DNA of 64,000 nt from Squalus acanthias. Its lineage: Eukaryota. Under the pieces are notes generated by a model. The model did no database searches and was not told the DNA's origin. It worked only from the letters and a program-made list of their open reading frames with translations. The stretch covers positions 21,702,001 through 21,766,000 of the forward strand of contig CM059432.1 in assembly GCA_030390025.1 (NCBI GenBank), read 5' to 3'. This document shows positions 59,600 through 64,000 of this stretch, in pieces (the stretch's first letter is position 1; the number at the start of each line of letters is the position of its first letter). A program made the translations under genes and the position numbers.

Positions 59600-61860
59600 T
59601 GGGTCAATTTTTTTCTCAGGTTCGCCAATGCTACTTTGGAGGCCCTGGTCCAGGTGGTGGGGGAGGAGGGAGATTATGTTCCCCAGAGGGGGCAGAAAGC
59701 CTTTGAAGAAAAATCTTTGCCGCCAGTGGGAAGAGGTCACTGGGGAGGTCAATGCCAGGACCTGGGCTCCCAGGCCAAGGCTGCAATGCTACAAAAAGTT
59801 CATTGATCTCCCCAGTGTTGCCAAGGTAAGAATATTGCTCTCTTACTCTTTGCTCACACCTTCACCCCCTCCAGCCTCACTATTCACATTACTTCTCTTC
59901 CCTGCTTCCCTTCACTCTCCATGAACACGACAGTGACAACTACCATGATAGAGCCTCTGCAGACAGCTTTGACAGCTGCCATGGAAGCTCAAATGGCTGC
60001 CATCTTGGCTCTGGGTGACCAATGTTGACAGCAGTGTTCAGAGCATCACATCCCTCTTGCACTCTGGGGATACACTTCGTAGGTGCACTAGGATAAGTAA
60101 TGGACCACAGAAGACAGGTGGTTGTACAAGGGCGATTCTAATTTTTTTTTCCAGTTAATTATTAGACACAGATGGAATTGAGTTGTGGGATAAATTTGTT
60201 TTTTTGTTCTAGATTTGCTGTTGGTGTTTATGCTTGTAGTGATTGAGAGCAAGATCCATAAGGCTGGACTGAATAGGATGGTAGGAGTAAAGACGGTGGT
60301 GATAAGGATTTCGGGATTGTTGGTATATTAGGGATGGTTACTGTGAAAAGCTCTGGGATGAGCTGCTTTCTGAGAGCTCTGGCAGCTACGGGCACTGGTG
60401 GTCGATGCTGCTCTTCCTCCTCCTTCTCCTGCTGCAATTCTTGCTGCCCGGGTGGCGCTAAGGGCTGGTTCCTCATGATGACAAAGTTATGCAGCACGCA
60501 GCAGATTAGCATAAATCTGGATAACTGCTCAGGGCTGTACTGCAAAGCTCCTCCTGGACTGTCTGATCGATGATGTTTCTAGTGGCAGCATGGCTCTCTT
60601 TGCAGGCCAGCTCCGCAGCTGTGCCCGGGATCCTGGCAGGAGTCATGAGCCAAGTCTGAAGGCGATAGCCCTTGTTGCCCAGTAGCCAGCCTGTAACCTG
60701 ATGGCCTAGTTGGAAGAAAGGCGGCACAGAGGGGTGGCGCAGGATGAATGAATCATGACTGCTGCCAGGAAACTGGGCACAGACTTGCATATAATGCTGC
60801 CTGTGGTCACAAACCGGCTGGAAGTTGAGGGAGTGGAATCCCTTTCTATTCAGAAAGATGCAGGTTGGTGATGAGGAGCACTCAAGGCAATGTGGGTGCA
60901 GTCTATGGCACCTTGCATCCTGGGGAGGCCTGCAATGCAGTCAAAGTTTAGTGCTCTCTCCTCCTGCTTCACTCTGTCCATGGGGAAAAAGTGTCGGTGT
61001 TCCTCCGGCAGTAGAGAGCTTGGCGACCTCCCTGGTGGACTGCAAACTGGGAAATGAGACTGATGTCACCTGTTGCAGCTTGGAAGGAGCTTGTTGCATA
61101 AAAGTTAAGGGCCACGGTGAGCTTGACAGCCCCAGGCAGTGCTGTCCGTGCACTTGGGTTATGGCTGCAGCAGGTGGCGTAGCTCGGTGATGGCCTCCTT
61201 GGTGAAGTGACATCGCCTGATACATTGCTCCTCAGTCACGATCAGGTAGCAGAAGTGCTCCCTGAAGACCCACTGTGTGTATGACCTCCTGTGCAGTGGC
61301 CTCCTTCTTCCTCTTCTCTCAGCTGCTCCTGCTCTCTCCTGTCTCCTTCTCATCCTGCAGTCCCAAAGGCAGCCACATCAGACCACCTATGACTGCAGTG
61401 AAACTGTTTTGAAAGCAGTCAAGAGCAATGCGGCACCAACATAAATTTCCTTCTGAGTCATCAGTTCTAGAGCTCAGAAATTAGGCCAGAAAATGCCTAG
61501 AAGTTAACCAGTAGACTAAAAGGTTAAACCATCAAATAACCTCTATGTAGTGGATGAGCATTTTAAATGGCGCTGCTGAAGGGCCCTTACTACCTGTTAG
61601 CGCCATGAATTGCTGAGCGAGTTTGTCACATGGCGAATCAGGCACTGAAAAAAAAATGTACGTAAGACCCTTATTCAAATATTTTTATTACTGTTTTGAA
61701 CACTTCTGGTGCGTGCCCTGGGCGACTACTGAGGAATCCAATCCAATATGGCGGGTGCCACACTTCAGGTGCAGGACGGGTGCGCACGCACCGCAGGCCA
61801 CATCTGATGCTTAGGTACCCGTTTTACACCTGGGTTCGCCGCCAACAAATTTCTAGGCTA
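59600..61860 (-). mobile_element. Decayed Harbinger transposon (transposase on minus, Myb/SANT-like exon on plus)
   Basis: Minus: EEQCIRRCHFTKEAITEL, FPGSSHDSFIL, WLLGNKGY, CCVLHN. Plus 59612-59825: REIMFP..WEEV..QCYKKF then AAG|GTAAGA. Terminus aaatttctaggc. Confidence 0.82.
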
Positions 61861-61899
61861 GTCAATTGTAAATTATCCAGATTTGAAGTTCTGAAATTA

Positions 61900-62225
61900 G
61901 AAGATACACATCATGCCCACCTTCCCATGAGTTCTTCATTACACCCTTCACAGCTGCATTGACTCCAACATGAGTCTATTCAGCTCTGTGTTATCCAGAT
62001 TTGAAATTGTGTGAAGCAAATCCCATTCTCTGCAAATTGTCTGACCTCAGCATTTGAAAACTGTGACCCATTGTCACTGAACGCTATTAGATGTTTCATG
62101 TCTGGAGAAAATAGCTTTCATGCAATTTATCACTGTTTTGCTTGTAGTTTTGTGCATTGTAGTAATCGGTCACTATCAAATAGTTCTTCTGCTGCCATTA
62201 GAACAGATCAATACCAACGTTCCAG
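61900..62225 (-). pseudogene. Ty3/Gypsy integrase (rve) fossil
   Basis: Manual translation gives VGIDLF*WQQKNYLIVTDYY, TTSKTVINCMKAIFSRH, FSDNGSQFSNAEVRQFA and WDLLH. Confidence 0.78.
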
Positions 62226-62954
62226 TATAGTCAATGCTGTTTTAATGATGCTATTGTTGTCGTTTGCCTCCTATTCTGACGCAATCTTAGCCAGGACCCT
62301 AAAATTGCAAACCCCCTACCTTCTACAGAATAGGGAATAATAGTCATTGGCCATAAGTTTCAGGATAAGAAAAGGGAAATAAAAGAATTATAGTGGCTTA
62401 GAGGCATTAAAATTTGGGAAGGCAGGTATTACGTGCTGCTTACCTATGTAAAAGGAGAATGGGGAAGGACTAAAAAAGGAAAGTAGACTGACAGCCAAAT
62501 GGAACAGGCTTAAACGATAATTCAGAAAGCAATGGCAGAATGTGTAACTAGGAACCATTGGAAGAATAGAAGGCAGAAGGTAGCCAAGGGAAGGTAAAGA
62601 AAGCTATTAGGGATAAAGCAAAGATATCCTTTTGCTATAAGTTGTCAGTGACAGAGGCTAATAAGCACCATTATCAAGAATCACTCAAATAAAGCTGTGA
62701 AAAAATATAATGGAATTCTGGGTTTTATCTCAAGAGGCTAGGGGCTAGAAATTCATTATAGCCCAGGAATGGGCGGTCTCTTTAGAAAAGTTTGAGAATT
62801 AGCGCCAGGCGCTAATGCTTTCGAGTGCACGCAAAATTCATTCCCACTGCTCAAAGAAATGATTGGGGTGCTAAATCAAGTCTTAAAGGCCTAGCTCAGT
62901 GGCGTTACACTGAAAGGGTAGGACCAATATCGGGTGCAGTCTATTGCCACAGGC

Positions 62955-63930
62955 TTTTTTTTTATTCGTTCATGGGATGTGGGCGTCGCTGACAAGGCCA
63001 GCACTTATTGCCCATGCCTAGTTGCCCTTGAGAAGGTGGTGGTGAGCTGCCGCCTTGAACCGCTGCAGTCCGTGTGGTGAAGGTACTCCCACAGTGCTAT
63101 TAGGAAGAGAGTTCCAGGATTTTTGACCCAGTGACGATGAAGGAACGGCGATATACTTTCAAGTCAGGATGGTGTGTGACTTGGAGGGGAACTTCAAGGT
63201 GGTGGTGTTCCCATGCGCCTGCTGCCCTTGTCCTTCTAGGTGGTAGAGGTCGTGGGTTTGGGAGGTGCTGCCAAAGAAACCTTGGCGAGTTGCTGCAGTG
63301 CATCTTGTAGATGGTACACACTGCAGCCACAGTATGCCGGTGGTGGAGGGAATGAATGTTTAAGGTGGTGGATGGGGTGCTAATCAAGTCGGCTGCTTTG
63401 TCTTGGATGGTGTCGAGCTTCTTGAGTGTTGTTGGAGCTGCACTCATCCAGGCAAGTGGAGAGTATTCCATCACACTCCTGACTTGTGCCTTGTAGATGG
63501 TGGAAAGGCTTTGGGGAGTCAGGAGGTGAGACACTTGCTGCAGAATACCCAGCCTCTGACCTGCTCTTGTTGCCACTGTATTTATGTGGCTGGTCCAGTT
63601 AAGTTTCTGGTCAATGGTGACCCCCAGGATATTAACGGTAGGGGATTCAGTGATAGTACTGCCGTTGAATGTCAAGGGGCGGTGGTTAGATGCTCGCTTG
63701 TTGGATATAGTCATTGCCTGGCACTTGTGTGGCACGAATGTTACCTGCCAATTATCAGCCCAAGCCTGAATGTCGTCCAGGTCTTGCTGCATGCGGGCAT
63801 GGACTGCTTCATTATCTGAGGAGTTGCGAATGGCACTGAACACTGTGCAGTCATCAGCGAACATCCCCACTTCTGATCTTATGATGGAGGGAAGGCCATT
63901 GATGAAGCAGCTGAAGATGGTTGGGCCCAG
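62955..63930 (-). mobile_element. Non-LTR LINE 3' portion (CR1/L2/Jockey supergroup), RT C-terminal half
   Basis: MFADD, WADNWQVTF..KCQAM, ILGVTID.KLNW, YKAQVRSVMEYSPLAW; poly(A) tail at 62955-62963. Confidence 0.88.
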
Positions 63931-64000
63931 TAATTAAAGGGGAGGTTCATTGATACTGTAGCACCTCATTCTCAGCATTGCTGGCTGTGCAACTGCCTCA

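Overview
Eukaryotic, repeat-dominated DNA. The repeat content (Deu-domain SINEs, CR1, L2, RTE, Penelope-like elements, Harbinger transposons and their MITEs) points to a cartilaginous fish, probably a shark. No host gene can be called with confidence; two possible minus-strand micro-exons are noted. The main element is a full-length, nearly intact CR1 LINE on the minus strand (about 12977-19008). It has a 19-copy 83-bp monomer array in its 5' UTR, a zinc-finger/SGNH-esterase ORF1, and an ORF2 with no AUG before the end of its endonuclease domain. ORF2 lies in the -1 frame across a U_UUA_AAC slippery heptamer directly before the ORF1 stop, which suggests programmed -1 frameshifting. Two Penelope-like families and their short TSD-flanked derivatives carry minimal hammerhead ribozyme motifs, with stem I covariation in one family. 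The window also holds four decayed Harbinger elements, a 1-kb solo LTR with TSD, hAT and Gypsy-integrase fossils missed by the ORF track, and a dense PBX/MEIS-TCF motif cluster. Family names were assigned from memory, without database searches.
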